NCBI GenBank assembly: GCA_010093605.1
Contig: MU004183.1
Coordinates: 1,364,001 to 1,428,000 of the forward strand
Source: Lophium mytilinum
Lineage: Eukaryota
Length of the DNA stretch: 64,000 nucleotides
Reading direction: 5' to 3'
Below the pieces are notes generated by a model. That model worked only from the letters and a program-made list of their open reading frames with translations. It was not told the DNA's origin and made no database searches. The translations under genes were made by a program, and so were the position numbers. This document shows positions 24,706 to 36,869 of this stretch, in pieces. Position 1 is the first letter of the stretch, and the number at the start of each line of letters is the position of its first letter.

Positions 24706-25406
24706 ATTGCAAGGTCTTACAAATCTAACCGTGTTGAAAGATTTTTGATAGACGCAGCGTGGCGCTTCGTGTAGTCTTTTATTACTTACCTCTTTATCTA
24801 ATCTTTTTACAAGTTTATACACATCTAACCGCGTATTATCAATTTTGTTAGATGTGATGTGGACACTTCGTGGCACGTGTTGTAATTAAATTCAGGTACC
24901 TCTTTGCCTCCTTTAGCTGCAAGTATCTTCTAACCTAACTGCGTGGAAAGTTTTTCGATGGACATGTCATAGACGTTGCCTCTTTGGTCTCTCTAGCTGC
25001 ATTGTTTCTCCAGTCGAACCGCGTGGAAACATTTGGATAGACACGTCGTAAACGATGCGTAGCACATATCGCAATCTACTTAGGGGGACCTCTTTGCCTC
25101 GGTTAGTTGCAAACTATCTCCAATCTAACCGCGGAGATGATGTTTTCACAGATAGGTCGTGGACGTAGCGTGGCACATATCGCAATCGACTTAGGGGGAC
25201 CTCTTTGGCCTCTTTAGTTGCAAGTTTTCTTCAGCCCGACCGCGTGGAAAACGATTCAACGGACAGGTCCCGGACGGCCTATACCACTTGTCATAACAGA
25301 ATTGCGTACCTCTTCGCCCTCTTTAGTTGCAACTTCTCTCCAATCTAACCGTGTGGAAAGTGTTTTGATGGTGGCGTCGCAGACGCTACGTGGCACTTGT
25401 CGTAGT
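24706..25406. repeat. Degenerate tandem array A: 7 units of about 110 bp
   Basis: Recurring acctctttg..ttagttgcaa..caatctaaccgcgtggaaa. Anchors end at 24730, 24830, 24940, 25020, 25130, 25241 and 25350. Confidence 0.85.
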
Positions 25407-25545
25407 GAACTTTCATTACACAAACAACATACCTATATTCACTTTTCACACCAAAATAAATCACAAAGACCAACAATCGTATTCGTTTTGAACGATGTCT
25501 AAGTTGCAAATCCTGAAGCAAGATCTCCTACTCATGACAGATAAG

Positions 25546-27393
25546 CTATTCCACGGTTTCCACCTCAGTCCTTTCCACCGTTGGCTTTGAGTCGTCGAGC
25601 ATATCATCAAGCTGGATATCGCGCAACGTCATTTCCACGCTATCACCAAACTTGACGTTCACCTCTGTCATTGCAATATTAGCAGATGATTTGCCGTGGA
25701 AATTGAGGGGGGTTATCTTACCTTCGAGGGACAACCCTTTAGTCTCGGGGAACGTAAATAGTATAAGGGTTGCAGTGACGAACGTGACGCAGATGAACAC
25801 CAGATAGTACTTCCACCCGATACTCTTGAACGCCTGCGCAGCCGGACCGCTGTACGCAATGCCAAAGAGAAAGTAGGAACCGACTCCAAAAGTAACACCT
25901 TTACTCCGCAGATGCGTTGGCCAGATCTCTGCGTTGTAGACGTAGACTACGCAATCGCAGCAAGTGCTGTAGAAGAGAATAAAAATGAAGAAGAAAGCTA
26001 CACTGGCGTTGATTCCTGGCTTGTATGTTGAGTGGAGATACGTTTTCTGCAAGGCACATTGGATGGCCATGTTAATAGTTAGAAGGTATCCACCAGTAAC
26101 CAGAAGCTTCACTCGTCCGACGCGGTCCGCAAGGAATGCATTTGTAGCTGCTCCGATTGCTCCAATCGTGACCCAAACAGTAGAAAGACCAAGTTGTTGA
26201 ACGTTGTTGAAGCCGAGGTTACCAAAAAGGATTGGCGTGACTAGATGTGGTAGTACATATGTTAGCGGGGTTTCAGGAAGAAGGGGGAGCGGATCAGGTC
26301 AATGAATCCAGAGGACTACGGCGCCTATGTTTACTAGGATCTTACGTACGGTTGAAAATGACCACCAAACCAGTAGACTGCACCATGGCGAACGTTATGA
26401 TCGAGCAGTAAGCTCGTTTCCGGAGATGTGCATTACTTAGAATGTACCAATAACTGTGGGGTAGATCCCTTTCAAAATCAACTTGTGCTTGAATCTGTAC
26501 AATCTCTACGCGAGCTAGGATCGCCGTTGGATCGGCCTTGGTTCGATGTAGCTTTTCCATGATGTTCCTAGCTTCATCGACCCTATCTTGCTCCACGAGC
26601 CATCTTGGAGATTCAGGGATGAAGAGGACGGAGACCGCAAAGATCAGAGAGAAGATTGTCAGCATTATGAACTGAAGACGCCACTGAATATCGGAGGTAA
26701 CGAAGTTAAAGGCAACCGCAAGAACAGCCGAGAGGACATATCCAGAGAGTACGGTAGTCGCGTGCATTCCAACCAGGAGGCCTCGTATATGCGCTGGCGC
26801 AATCTCACTCATATACACCGGTGTGTTGGCTAGGATAATGCCTCCAGATATGCCTCCAATGCCACGGGCGACGATGAACATAGCCGGATTAACGCTCGCA
26901 GCGCTGAGGACGCCAGATATCACCATAAGAATGGCTGCCATTTCTGTACAGAAGCGACGCCCGAGTTTATCAGAGACGAAGCTCTGCAAGATGGTTCCTA
27001 TGAATCCGCCGGCAAGAAAGCTGGGATGTGTCAGTGATCCATTGTTGTACAAGCTCTACAAGATTGGCTCAACATACATGGCATTCATCGCGTCGATGAG
27101 TGCATCGGCGTTAGATCCACTTAGGAATTTCCTAACGAATGTTTCCTGTGCATAGCATCCTCCGCCGGCATTGTTGCCATAGCCGAAACAGAAGCTGGAT
27201 ATCGCCGACACAAGGATAATCTAGCCAACCAGAACAGTCAGAGATGAAGGAATGGGGATAGGCTGCAGCTTACCATGAAGTTGCGACGACTTGGCCTCTT
27301 GGAGTGGAGGAGAGCGTCCCCTGCTTCGGAAACCTCACTGCGCGCATCGTGATTTGCCGCTTGACCTCGAGGACTTTCCTCAGAGTGTCCCAT
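25546..27393 (-). CDS. MFS sugar-porter family transporter
   Basis: SDKLGRR, PVYMSEIAPAHIRG, PESPRWL, AEIWPTHLRSKG and PETKGLSLE motifs. Four GT-AG introns. Start MGHSEESP at 27393. Confidence 0.9.
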
Positions 27394-28344
27394 CGTGAGA
27401 AATGTCCCAAGGGGAACGGAGAATTACGCTCTAAATGCGTTGATGCAACAGGAAGAACAATCGAATCTCAAATCTTCAGCCTATACTCGCGGTAAGATAT
27501 GGTATGGTGTGGTGTTTCGTGTGTGTATTCATGATGTGGTCTGTCCCCAATCTATAACCTCGTTCGGTGTAACCTAGTGCTGTGCGAAGAGAAAGCTGGG
27601 GGAGGGAGACACGCGGGGAAATAGGAACGAGGGGGGGCCGAGAAGAAGAGATGAGCACCAATTATATTGAGACAAAAAGAGGCAAAAGTACGCCAAAGAA
27701 AGATACGAGCCCCACACCAGGGACTTGGGACTGGGGAAGTTGCTTGTCTATCGCACATGAATCGCTAGCTTTTTCGTGCAGGCCAATAGGGGATGTGAAG
27801 AATCCGCGGACGGACAAACTTCGTGTGGATTCCTAAGACTACAAGGGTAAGTCAACGAGTAAGAAGATATAATCCCCCTCACTTCAGCTGGAGGGTTGAT
27901 TTTTGCATTCGCCAACCATTACCAAAGGTATTCGGAGATAACGGCGAGGGGGGAGAGCGGGCATTCGATTGCACGCCGCAGAAAGCGGGCGCAAAACGCT
28001 GGAGCTAGGTATAAAAAGCACGCTACGTACGCTCGAAAGCTGCCTCATCGTGCGGAATGTGAGGAAGTACTGTCCAGATCATCTGCCGATTTTGACGGTT
28101 ATCAGAGTAGAGAGGTGAGCGCTGAGGGACAACTGTAGGTTGAGATTGAAGTTGCGGCTAATTAAGGGGAGTAATGTGCTTTAGCATGCTCGGCAATGTT
28201 GCGAAAATCCTATAGACGTTCCCTCCTTTCTATACATCCCAACTATCCTAAAAGCATCGACCAGATTCAAGGCCCTCGGAGAGTAGCTAAATAGCACCAC
28301 ACCACTAACTCTTTGTGTAGGCCTCTGTCTTTATGAGAATTTCG

Positions 28345-28692
28345 ATCTCTACGGTTCATTCTGTGAAATCTTGCAACTAGCTTATCCTATTTTAGCACCC
28401 CGCCCTAAAAGCAAATTTTGGGAACCCGACTGGTTGCTTTAGTGAAAAGAAGCAACTACGCTGTGTAACCTACCGCATCTATTAGTTTTCATTTACGTGG
28501 TTGATTTAGTAGGAACTTGCAACTAGTTCCACTGGTCTTGTTATAAGGTACTTCAGTACCTTTTCTTATAGTAGATTTTAGGGACCTAATCTGGGATCTC
28601 TTACTTTAGTGTCAACTAGGGACTACGCGGTGTACCCCACCGCGTCTATCAGATGTTGTTTATGCGGTCGATTTGGTAAGAACTTGTAACCG
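28345..28692. repeat. Degenerate array B: 3 units, same core as arrays A (inverted) and C
   Basis: actacgc..gc(a/g)tctat..(c/t)ggt(t/c)gattt.gta.gaacttg(c/t)aac, with anchors at 28352, 28498 and 28665. Confidence 0.7.
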
Positions 28693-29662
28693 GTTTTGCA
28701 GTCGGTGAGTGGAAATGTTTGATATGGGAGTGGATGGGCATGCTTTAAGGCTAAGGAATTTCCTTTTAAAAGCGATCGTTGTCGACTAGATAGCGATTTA
28801 GACCTTGGCTTTCAACTCATAAACCCAATACTGCAACTCAAGTTTCAAAACAGTAACCCAAATCCTACTGAAAGATGGGCTCCTGAGATGCCTCGGGCAC
28901 TGAATGAGTAAACATGTTACAAGAACTTACAAAGCTAACCGCAGAAGACGTTTCTTCTCAGACGCGACGTGCACAATATAGCTCGCACCGATGTAGTCAC
29001 TTCTTGCCCTACAACTAACCAGTTTAATGGGTTCGACAATGAACAACTTAAGCAAAATTCGTCAAGTACCCTCCATAACCAAATGGTTGAACATGTTATG
29101 AAGTCTTACAGAATCGACCCCGTGGAGATCTTTCGTGAGGCGTGGCGTCCACGCAGAGGGTAATGTAAAGACTTCATATTCAAGCTTCTGTTGATCCCGC
29201 ATCGAGGGAATCTGCTCTCGAATCGCGATCAAAAGGATCGGAGGAGGATGCTAAGGCACCTCTAGGAAGTGATTGGTAAGAAATGGTAGAAGATTTCACA
29301 GATTCAACCGTGTGAAGTTCGGTTTTCCCAGACATAGCATGCGCTCCGCGTTTCTTCATTATAATCGGAGGGTAATCCGGAGACAACGTGGCGTAGATAT
29401 TGAGCTTTTCTAAAGACACCGCTTCGAGGTCAGGCGCAGGGCGCGAGGAGGGCGAAGATGAACACCCAATGTGGTACCCCCCCATGTCCACTCTGGGGAC
29501 AATTTGTTGCAAATTTGGACCAGATTGGCCGGGTGGACTTGATTTGTTGAACACGCCATATGCACTGTGGAGGCGGCGTGCTGATAAATCCGAAACCTTG
29601 AGCTGCCAGCAGATAACTAGCATCGAATCCTCGTTTGGGTGCTCTGGAATGCCCTCCGATAC

Positions 29663-30589
29663 TTATTCAAGGTGATGTTTCCCGTCTCGTATATTCCCAT
29701 GCTGCTTTAGATGCTCGTTGAACGAGGCTGCACTGAATTTCCGTCTCCAATTCAGCGGCCCATCTGTACCGTTATTCTTGCATCCAATGCAATGAAAGCC
29801 CCAGTGCAGCTCCTGGGAGGCCCTGTCTAACCATGGCGTGTGAATGATTGCTACGAAACGCAGCGCGTTCAGACTACTATGATGAGGTTGGCGTGGGTGA
29901 CGTGACGTGTACTGTTCCATAGCGCTGGCAGACCCGTGAAGGGCGATCCCTGCGTTATATGCAGATTCTGGATCTACCAAGGCGAGTATCTTGGGGCTCT
30001 TCGTGTGGTGTGGCGAGTATGTGCCTGGTAGACTCCTCATATAAGGCAAAGTGTCGAGGATCTGATCATTAATTCCGAATTTTTGAATCGCATGGCTACG
30101 CAGCAGTGGCCGAAAGCGGTCGTCCAACGAAAGGCAGCGAAAGCAAACACGTTTGCAAGTAAAAATATAGAGGTAGCTTCCGAAATCACCACACTGCTCA
30201 CATTCAGCGGTGCAAAGTTTCTCATAGAGAGCTTCACAGGTAATCCAGGGGCCACTTTCGATTGCTAAGATACCACGGAGTAGACTAGGGGCGTTTGTTG
30301 CTGCCGCTTTGTACTGAGGAATGGATCCTACAACCTCCGTGGCCCTTCGATTAACGTATCCAAAGTCCGTAAGTGTGCGTAGGTCGAGTTGGCAGAGCAA
30401 TGCTTGAAGGAGTTCAAGAGGAAGTACATCCAAGACGCCTAGGTCTACGGCGCGTTGTTTTCGAGCCTGACCATCATTGGGCATAGCCATTAGGACTGGG
30501 AGGTTGTCGTCCAGGGTGTAGTCCTTGATCGTGGGACACGCGTAGGTGATTTCTCCAAGCTGAGACGCGCGGACTGGCTGTTCTTCCAT
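29663..30589 (-). CDS. F-box domain protein with Cys-rich region
   Basis: LGVLDVLPLELLQALLCQLDLRTL F-box, CEQCGDFG..CKRVCFRC and WGFHCIGC. Single exon. Confidence 0.85.
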   Translation of the reverse strand: MEEQPVRASQLGEITYACPTIKDYTLDDNLPVLMAMPNDGQARKQRAVDLGVLDVLPLELLQALLCQLDLRTLTDFGYVNRRATEVVGSIPQYKAAATNAPSLLRGILAIESGPWITCEALYEKLCTAECEQCGDFGSYLYIFTCKRVCFRCLSLDDRFRPLLRSHAIQKFGINDQILDTLPYMRSLPGTYSPHHTKSPKILALVDPESAYNAGIALHGSASAMEQYTSRHPRQPHHSSLNALRFVAIIHTPWLDRASQELHWGFHCIGCKNNGTDGPLNWRRKFSAASFNEHLKQHGNIRDGKHHLE

Positions 30590-30989
30590 GTTGACGATAA
30601 GGGTGGGTTTGCGAAAATTTGGTGAACGTCTGTGTTGAAGACGGGCTTCTCGGGCGGCTGTTGGTACTAGGTACGGTTATGGGAGGGCGTGGGGTTATTT
30701 ACGTGAGCACGCGTTGCCCGAAATTGTTGCAACTTCTTGTAGTTCTCACCGAGTTGGCTAATGGAATGAAAAATCAGCGGTAAGAGTTTGCAGATCTGTC
30801 CTATTCACGAGAGCAAGTTGCAGTGCGATGAGGAGTTGTTGATATGCCAAAGTGGCGGTAAGCCTGTCTCGGTAGAGTGATCTTATTTTACCTACGGCCA
30901 AGAACACCGGCGCGGGCCACTTGCAAGGGGGGCCTAACAGCGCATAAATCTATGCAGAGTTATTTCATGCATCACAACCTGCGCGTTGT

Positions 30990-31340
30990 TTCCAACAAGG
31001 ACGCGTCTCTATAGTAAGAGCTAAGGTTTAGAGTGTTATCTACCGCCTTAAAATATTACCACCACCACTACCACCGCGGTAGAGGTTCTTCACGGCGTTA
31101 TCTGCCCCCTAGATTAAAACAACTGCAAGCTTGCCGTTAAATCTATCTAGTTAGCATATTCTATACTAAGGTGCCTGCCATATTCCTATAGCCGCATCTT
31201 ATCTACGGCAGTATACTATATTCTAAAGCTATAATAGATCTTAGCACGCTCCCTACTCTTAAGAGAGTATAAAGGCCTACTTAAAGCTGACTCTCTACTA
31301 CCTAGCTATATGTTAGAGTGCTTAGAAGATAATAGCCACC
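30990..31340. other. Probable RIP-degraded repeat relic
   Basis: Local excess of TA/TAG/CTA and no ORF, unlike the flanking DNA (judged by eye, not computed). Confidence 0.4.
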
Positions 31341-31567
31341 TGTCTTGGAGCGCCCTCCAATTGTTTTCCTAAGAAATTTGTGCAAGTCGGAGCAACATCG
31401 GACGCTGAGATGCCGCATGGGGGGCCCGGCTTAGCGTGTCTTGGCCGTAGGTAAAATAAGATCACTCGTCTCGGTATCGCGTATAATTGCTACGTAGCTT
31501 CATCTCGAATTCCCACCGCTAACTTCAAGCAACAGCTCCACCACCCAGACTTCCACCTCGATCCACC

Positions 31568-33445
31568 ATGGGGAAGCACCAGCTCGAGGCAATTGCACTC
31601 CTCTGCTCCCTCCTCGCCGTCCCCGCCCTTGCCGCCTCCGAGCCAGCTCGACCTCGCGGCGTAGGTCCCGAATGCAAGTCCCCCCAAAATCTCACTCCCA
31701 TTGCCAATCCCCATTCCCAATGCCCATTTCCCAATTCCTAACCGCCCCTTTCAAATACCACAAGCTCCAAACTAACCCCCTCCCCCCCACAGTCGCCAAA
31801 TTCTACAAATCCCCCTCAACCTTCACCTGCATCTCCAACCCCTCCCTCACCCTCCCCCTCACCCACCTCAACGACGACTACTGCGACTGCCCCGACGGCT
31901 CCGACGAGCCCGGCACCGCCGCCTGCGCCCACCTCTCCCCACTCTCCCCCCCCTCCCCGGCCCAGCACCAAAACCCCGCCGCGCGCTTCAACGAAACCCT
32001 CGCGCTGCCCGGCTTCTACTGCAAGAACAAGGGCCACATCCCGCTGTACATCCCCTTCAGCAACGTCAATGACGGCATCTGCGATTACGAGGTGTGCTGC
32101 GATGGCAGCGACGAGTGGGCGGGCGTCGGCGGCGTGAAATGCGAAGACCGCTGTGCGAAGATCGGGAAGGAGTGGCGGAAGCAGGATGAGGAGCGGAAGA
32201 AGAGTCTGGGGGCGGCGAATAAGCGGCGGCGGGAGCTGATGGAGGTGGCGGGGCGGTTGAGGAGGGAGGTGGAGGATCGGATTAAGACGCTCGGGGCGCA
32301 GATTCAGGGGCAGGAGGTTAAGGTGGCGAGTCTAGAGACGGAGCTTGCGGGGGTGGAGAGGAGCGAGCGGGGGAGGGTGGTGAAGGGGCCTGGGAAGGGG
32401 GGCAAAGTGGCAGTGTTGGCGAGTTTGGCGAAGGGGAGGGTTGGGGAGTTGGCCGAGAGTCTCGGGAGGGTCAGGGGGGAGAGGGAGGCGGCGAGGGAGA
32501 GGGTGAGGGAGTTGGAGCAGATTTTGGCAACGTTCAAGGAGGAGCGGAATCCGAACTTCAATGATGAGGGAGTTAAGAGGGCGGTGAAGGCGTGGGAGGA
32601 TTATGCGGCGAGGGATAAAGGGCCGGACTCGGATCCGGCTCTGGATAGAGATTTGGATGAGATCTTAAAGTCGGATGCGGAGAATGGGCTCAACTGGGAA
32701 GATTTTGAGACTACTGAGGAGAGCGATGTTGAAGTTTGTAAGTCATATCATTGTCACTTGAATTCAATTGCAACTGAACTAACTCTCTATAGTATACAAG
32801 TTCGAAGAGTATCTCCCCAAGCCAGTGAGAGACTGGGTTGACCAGAAGCTCCGCGACCTCCGCGTCACCTTGATTGAGAACGGCGTCCTCGCAGCACCTC
32901 ACTCCGACGCAGGAGAATCAAAAGCAGTACAAGATGCTCGTCAACAGCTAGAATCTGCCAAAAAGGACCTCGAAAATGACCGCAAGGAACTCACTTCACA
33001 CCAAGAAGACTTGCAGAAGGAGTACGGACCCGACAACATCTTCAGAGCACTGAAGGACCAGTGCATCGATAAGGACTCGGGCGAGTACACGTACTCGTTC
33101 TGCTGGCTAGGCCAGACGACGCAGAAGTCCAAGAAGGGTGGAGGACACACCAACATGGGCAACTTTGTGCGCATCGAGAAGGTCACAGTCGATGAGGATG
33201 TTCCTCCCGATGGCAAAGGTCTCGGATCAGGCGAGCGTTACTCACTGGTGTACGAGAACGGGCAGCACTGCTGGAATGGGCCGAACCGGAGCACCCGACT
33301 CATCCTGGCGTGTGCAGAGAAGGACGAGATCTGGAAGATTGTCGAGCAAGAGAAGTGCGTGTACAGAATGGAGGTGGGCACGCCGGCTGTGTGCGAGTCG
33401 GCAGCAGCTAGCAGTAAGGCTCCAGCCGCGAAGGATGAATTGTAA
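31568..33445 (+). CDS. GTB1: Glucosidase II beta subunit (Gtb1/PRKCSH)
   Basis: Signal peptide, NDDYCDCPDGSDEPGTAAC, MRH domain (YENGQHCWNGPNRS) and C-terminal KDEL. GC-AG intron 31674-31792 and GT-AG intron 32738-32792. Confidence 0.93.
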
Positions 33446-35164
33446 AAATAGAAGATAGACTTAGTAAGGGTGGGCAACGTGGGAGGGTGAGGCGATCGCG
33501 ATCCTCGATGGCAGCTGGCTTGCCGTTTGAATGAAATCGAACCTAGCGTTTCCCACGCTGTGGTTCACGGTTCACAGCACGGTTCAGGAGGTTGGACACG
33601 CGGCACGGGGGCGTCTGTGATGCGTGACGTGTGGGGTAACTGACGACACTGGCAGTCAGCAGAAGTCCTTCATTTTACGCGCTTAGCAGAAGTCTGAAAG
33701 AGCCGGGTGAACGGCAGCCAAAAGAAGAATCCTACATACCTTTTAGGTCGAGGGGCGCGCTCTATGTAAGCTGAGAACACCCGTCACTTATACTAGTCCT
33801 TACCACCTTCTTGTATATCTGCCGAACCCGGAAAATGGGTGTACATAAGTATAGTCAGCCTGGTACCGGGACAAAATCATAGTAAGCGTATTGTCGTCTT
33901 CTTCGACCTGAAACCACCGAATGCTTTCGACCACGAGCATCCCGTATCCCACAGAAGCACATCGCGTCGAACCCAAGTACCAGACTCCGTCAAACTTGCA
34001 CAGCATCGACCGGAAGGGCCCGTTCGCGATGGTGGTCAAACAAAAACACGATGCCGACGCGTCGATGGCACGGTGGGACGGCTGTGGCGCCAGGCCTCAG
34101 AGAGGCAGGTTGAGACGGCGATCCTGAAGCAATCTTATATTTCGCCCGATTGAAGATCGTCGCCGGCCCAAAGTGACGGGCCTAGGGCGTCCGCCCTGTC
34201 TCTTACGGAAGCGCTCCCTATCCCGCCGGCCAGACTATCGAAAGACAGGCGCAACGGCGCGCACTTTGGCGTCAAATTCCGGTGTCGCGTTGTGAGAATC
34301 CCATGACTTTTCCCTCTCGACGTTCCATCCATGATAGGCAGGAGGAATCTGCGGATAGCAGTAGACGATGAGTTCAAGGTTCTCGGATTCATGCCGTCGT
34401 GCCAGGGCCATGCTGTCGCGATGGCTCCTGGATCCATGCAGTCGACAGGGCTTTAAAAGGCGGTACCTGATGGAGGTGACCGGATGTGCGAAGAGCCTTC
34501 CTCTGCAGCATCGAAGTAAGCCCAGGCCAGGCACAGGAGATCGGTCCTCTCTTCAGCGCAGCGTCTTGTTTCATTTTCCGCAGTTCGGGTTTCCGCTGCA
34601 GTGTGCAAGTGCATCACAGCGAGGTTTGTTTGGCTGGGCCGCACATCTGGAGCAGCAGCTGCGATCTCCCGCGCCTCACCCATGCTCGCCATGCTCCACG
34701 ACGGCTGTGCTGTGATCGGCGTGCAGACTCGCCCGGGATTAGCGTGGCGGTGTCTTGCGGTGCAGGCAGATTGATGATGCGTGTGCACGGCGGCTTGACG
34801 ACATGCTGCACCATCCCATCGTTCTCTGTCTTGAAGGCACATGGAAGCCCCAGGCTGGTCAGGCCGTCGCGGTTGCGGACGCGATCAGAGCTTGGGTCGA
34901 CAGCGTGGCGGCGACGTGGGGTCCCAGTTTCAGAGGGCCACAGGGCGTGACAAGGGCTTGGCGGTGGTGAAGAAGTCGGCCAGGGGCTCCCATCACAGCG
35001 GGCGTGGCGGGACGGGCGTGATTGGCTTCGTTTGGGGAAGATGCTGGCGCTCCCGCTGCAGGCTGTTGGGTTTCAGCAAGCCGTTTGGAGCCACTGCATG
35101 CGCCAAAGTCCCAGAGGCCCCCTATCCGTCAACGGCCGGCACACCACTCCGCCCATCTCTAATC

Positions 35165-35186
35165 GCTGCTGCTGCTGCTGCTGCTG
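35165..35186. repeat. (GCT)7 microsatellite
   Basis: Read directly from the sequence; intergenic. Confidence 0.9.
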
Positions 35187-36869
35187 GCCGCCGTTGTGGT
35201 CGCTGTAGTGTCGTCGAGGCTGCGGTCCGAGTGCTGGATATTGCTTGGATATTGCAGACTCGCGCCATGACGATGACTTCAGCCGTGAGGTCGCACTGCA
35301 GACGGGCCGAGACGAGAGGAGGCAAGCTGCAAGGCGATCTCTGGGCCGACCGGCTGAGGCGCCCAGGTGCCGAAGCCTCCACGATTTCTCCCCTCCCCTA
35401 TATTGGCCACGTTGGGCAACAGGCCCCTGGGCGCTTGTGTGGCGCGAGGCCCACGAACAGGAGAAGCAGTTGCCGTGATCCGTCGCATCTTCGTGTAGGT
35501 AGGTCGGTATGAAGATGCGTCTCAGGGGGAAACGGGTGAGTCGTGGCAACGGGCGACTCGAAGCGCAGCAGCCCTGCAGTAGTTTTGCCGTTCGCTGTCA
35601 CTGTGAGGGCGGGACCTTGCATGCATAAAAGCTCGCTAGAGTCTAAAAAAGTCCGGCGCACCAGTGGCCAGGCACTCCCGCAGCGTCGCCGATGCGCATT
35701 CGCCTTCACCAACAGACGCGCCAGGAGGTGGATAGGTTGGTTCCAGACGCGGTTAGAAGTAGCAAAATGTAGACGGGAAACAGGCTGTGAAGCCGGCCCG
35801 TTGGCTCAGCTGGCCGCGCTTCAGGTCTCGCAGCAGCCATGAGCTCTAATTTCCGGCTCGTGGAGATTGCTGGCCATGCTGCCCTGACCCTGTCGCTGCT
35901 CTCTGGCCGCCTTGGGCTGGAGCGCTTTCACTCGTCCAGTGGTCCAGCATCAGGAGCATCGACCCCCTCGGCGCCTCAGTCCGGCCTGCGAGTGGCATCC
36001 CTCACGTGTGGCTCTCCCGCTCCCAGGCTTCCGGCCAATCTTCCTGCCAGCCCAGCGTCTTCGTTCTTCCATTCACTGCTCATCGCGCGCGGGCGTCACA
36101 TCTGCTCTCCACACGCTTCCCCAGCTCCCCACGCTCCTTCCCATTCGTCTCCCTTTCCTCCAGTAGAGAACCACCGTCTCTCCAGCACTTCTCGACAGGA
36201 TCGCCCGCGCTGGGACTCGCCTTGGCCCGATTTCCTTCAACCCTCTATTCATCGCTGCACGCCAGCGTCCACTCATTCAATCCCCATTCCTCACCCGCGA
36301 CCACCACAAACACCGCGCCACTCCTTCAACCGCCCCTCTATTCCCTCCGTCCCAACTGCGATTGCATGTAGACTGCATCCTCCGCCCACAATCCCGCGTC
36401 GCAGCTTTTGCTCCCACCTTCACTGTCTCGGACTACCTCCGCCAAGCTGCCGCCAAACGTCGTGTCAGTTGCGTAGGTCCCTCCTTACCTTGTCCTCCTG
36501 GAGGCTGGCAACGCTGGTGTGGAGAGTAACGCAGCTAGCCGCACATTGACCATGGCACTAACACACTGTCTCTTTCTAGTGGACCACCGTTACGCACATA
36601 TCCTTCCTACATTGCTTCGACAACGCACACAGAGCTGGCTATTAATTCCCAGAGTACGAATTCCACAAAGAGGCGGTGGAGGCTCTGTGGGACGAGCGTT
36701 TGCTCTCACGACCGCTGCCCTGACATATTTCCCTCTCGTCCGAATCACAACCTGTAAGCTCTTTTACTTTCAGCACAGCATGGGCGACGCTTCTCCAGCA
36801 TTGCGCCGGCAATCTCTGCGCATGCGGCTTTTCGACTATGTAATTGTCGCTAACTCGGCCAAGGCCAAA

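Noticed and set aside
24706..25406. CRISPR interpretation of the repeat arrays
   Set aside because: Eukaryotic context, degenerate repeats, linkers homologous to each other, and no cas genes.
29180..29623. 147-aa ORF downstream of the F-box gene
   Set aside because: No recognisable domain or splice link; at most a gene fragment.
33800..36549. Many overlapping 60-236 aa ORFs
   Set aside because: GC-rich upstream region of the 36870 gene; Arg/Ala/Pro-rich translations in all frames with no coherent gene structure.
36519..36869. N-terminal 117 aa of the 1412-aa ORF
   Set aside because: Starts at GTG and spans apparent 5'UTR introns; the ATG at 36870 has better context.
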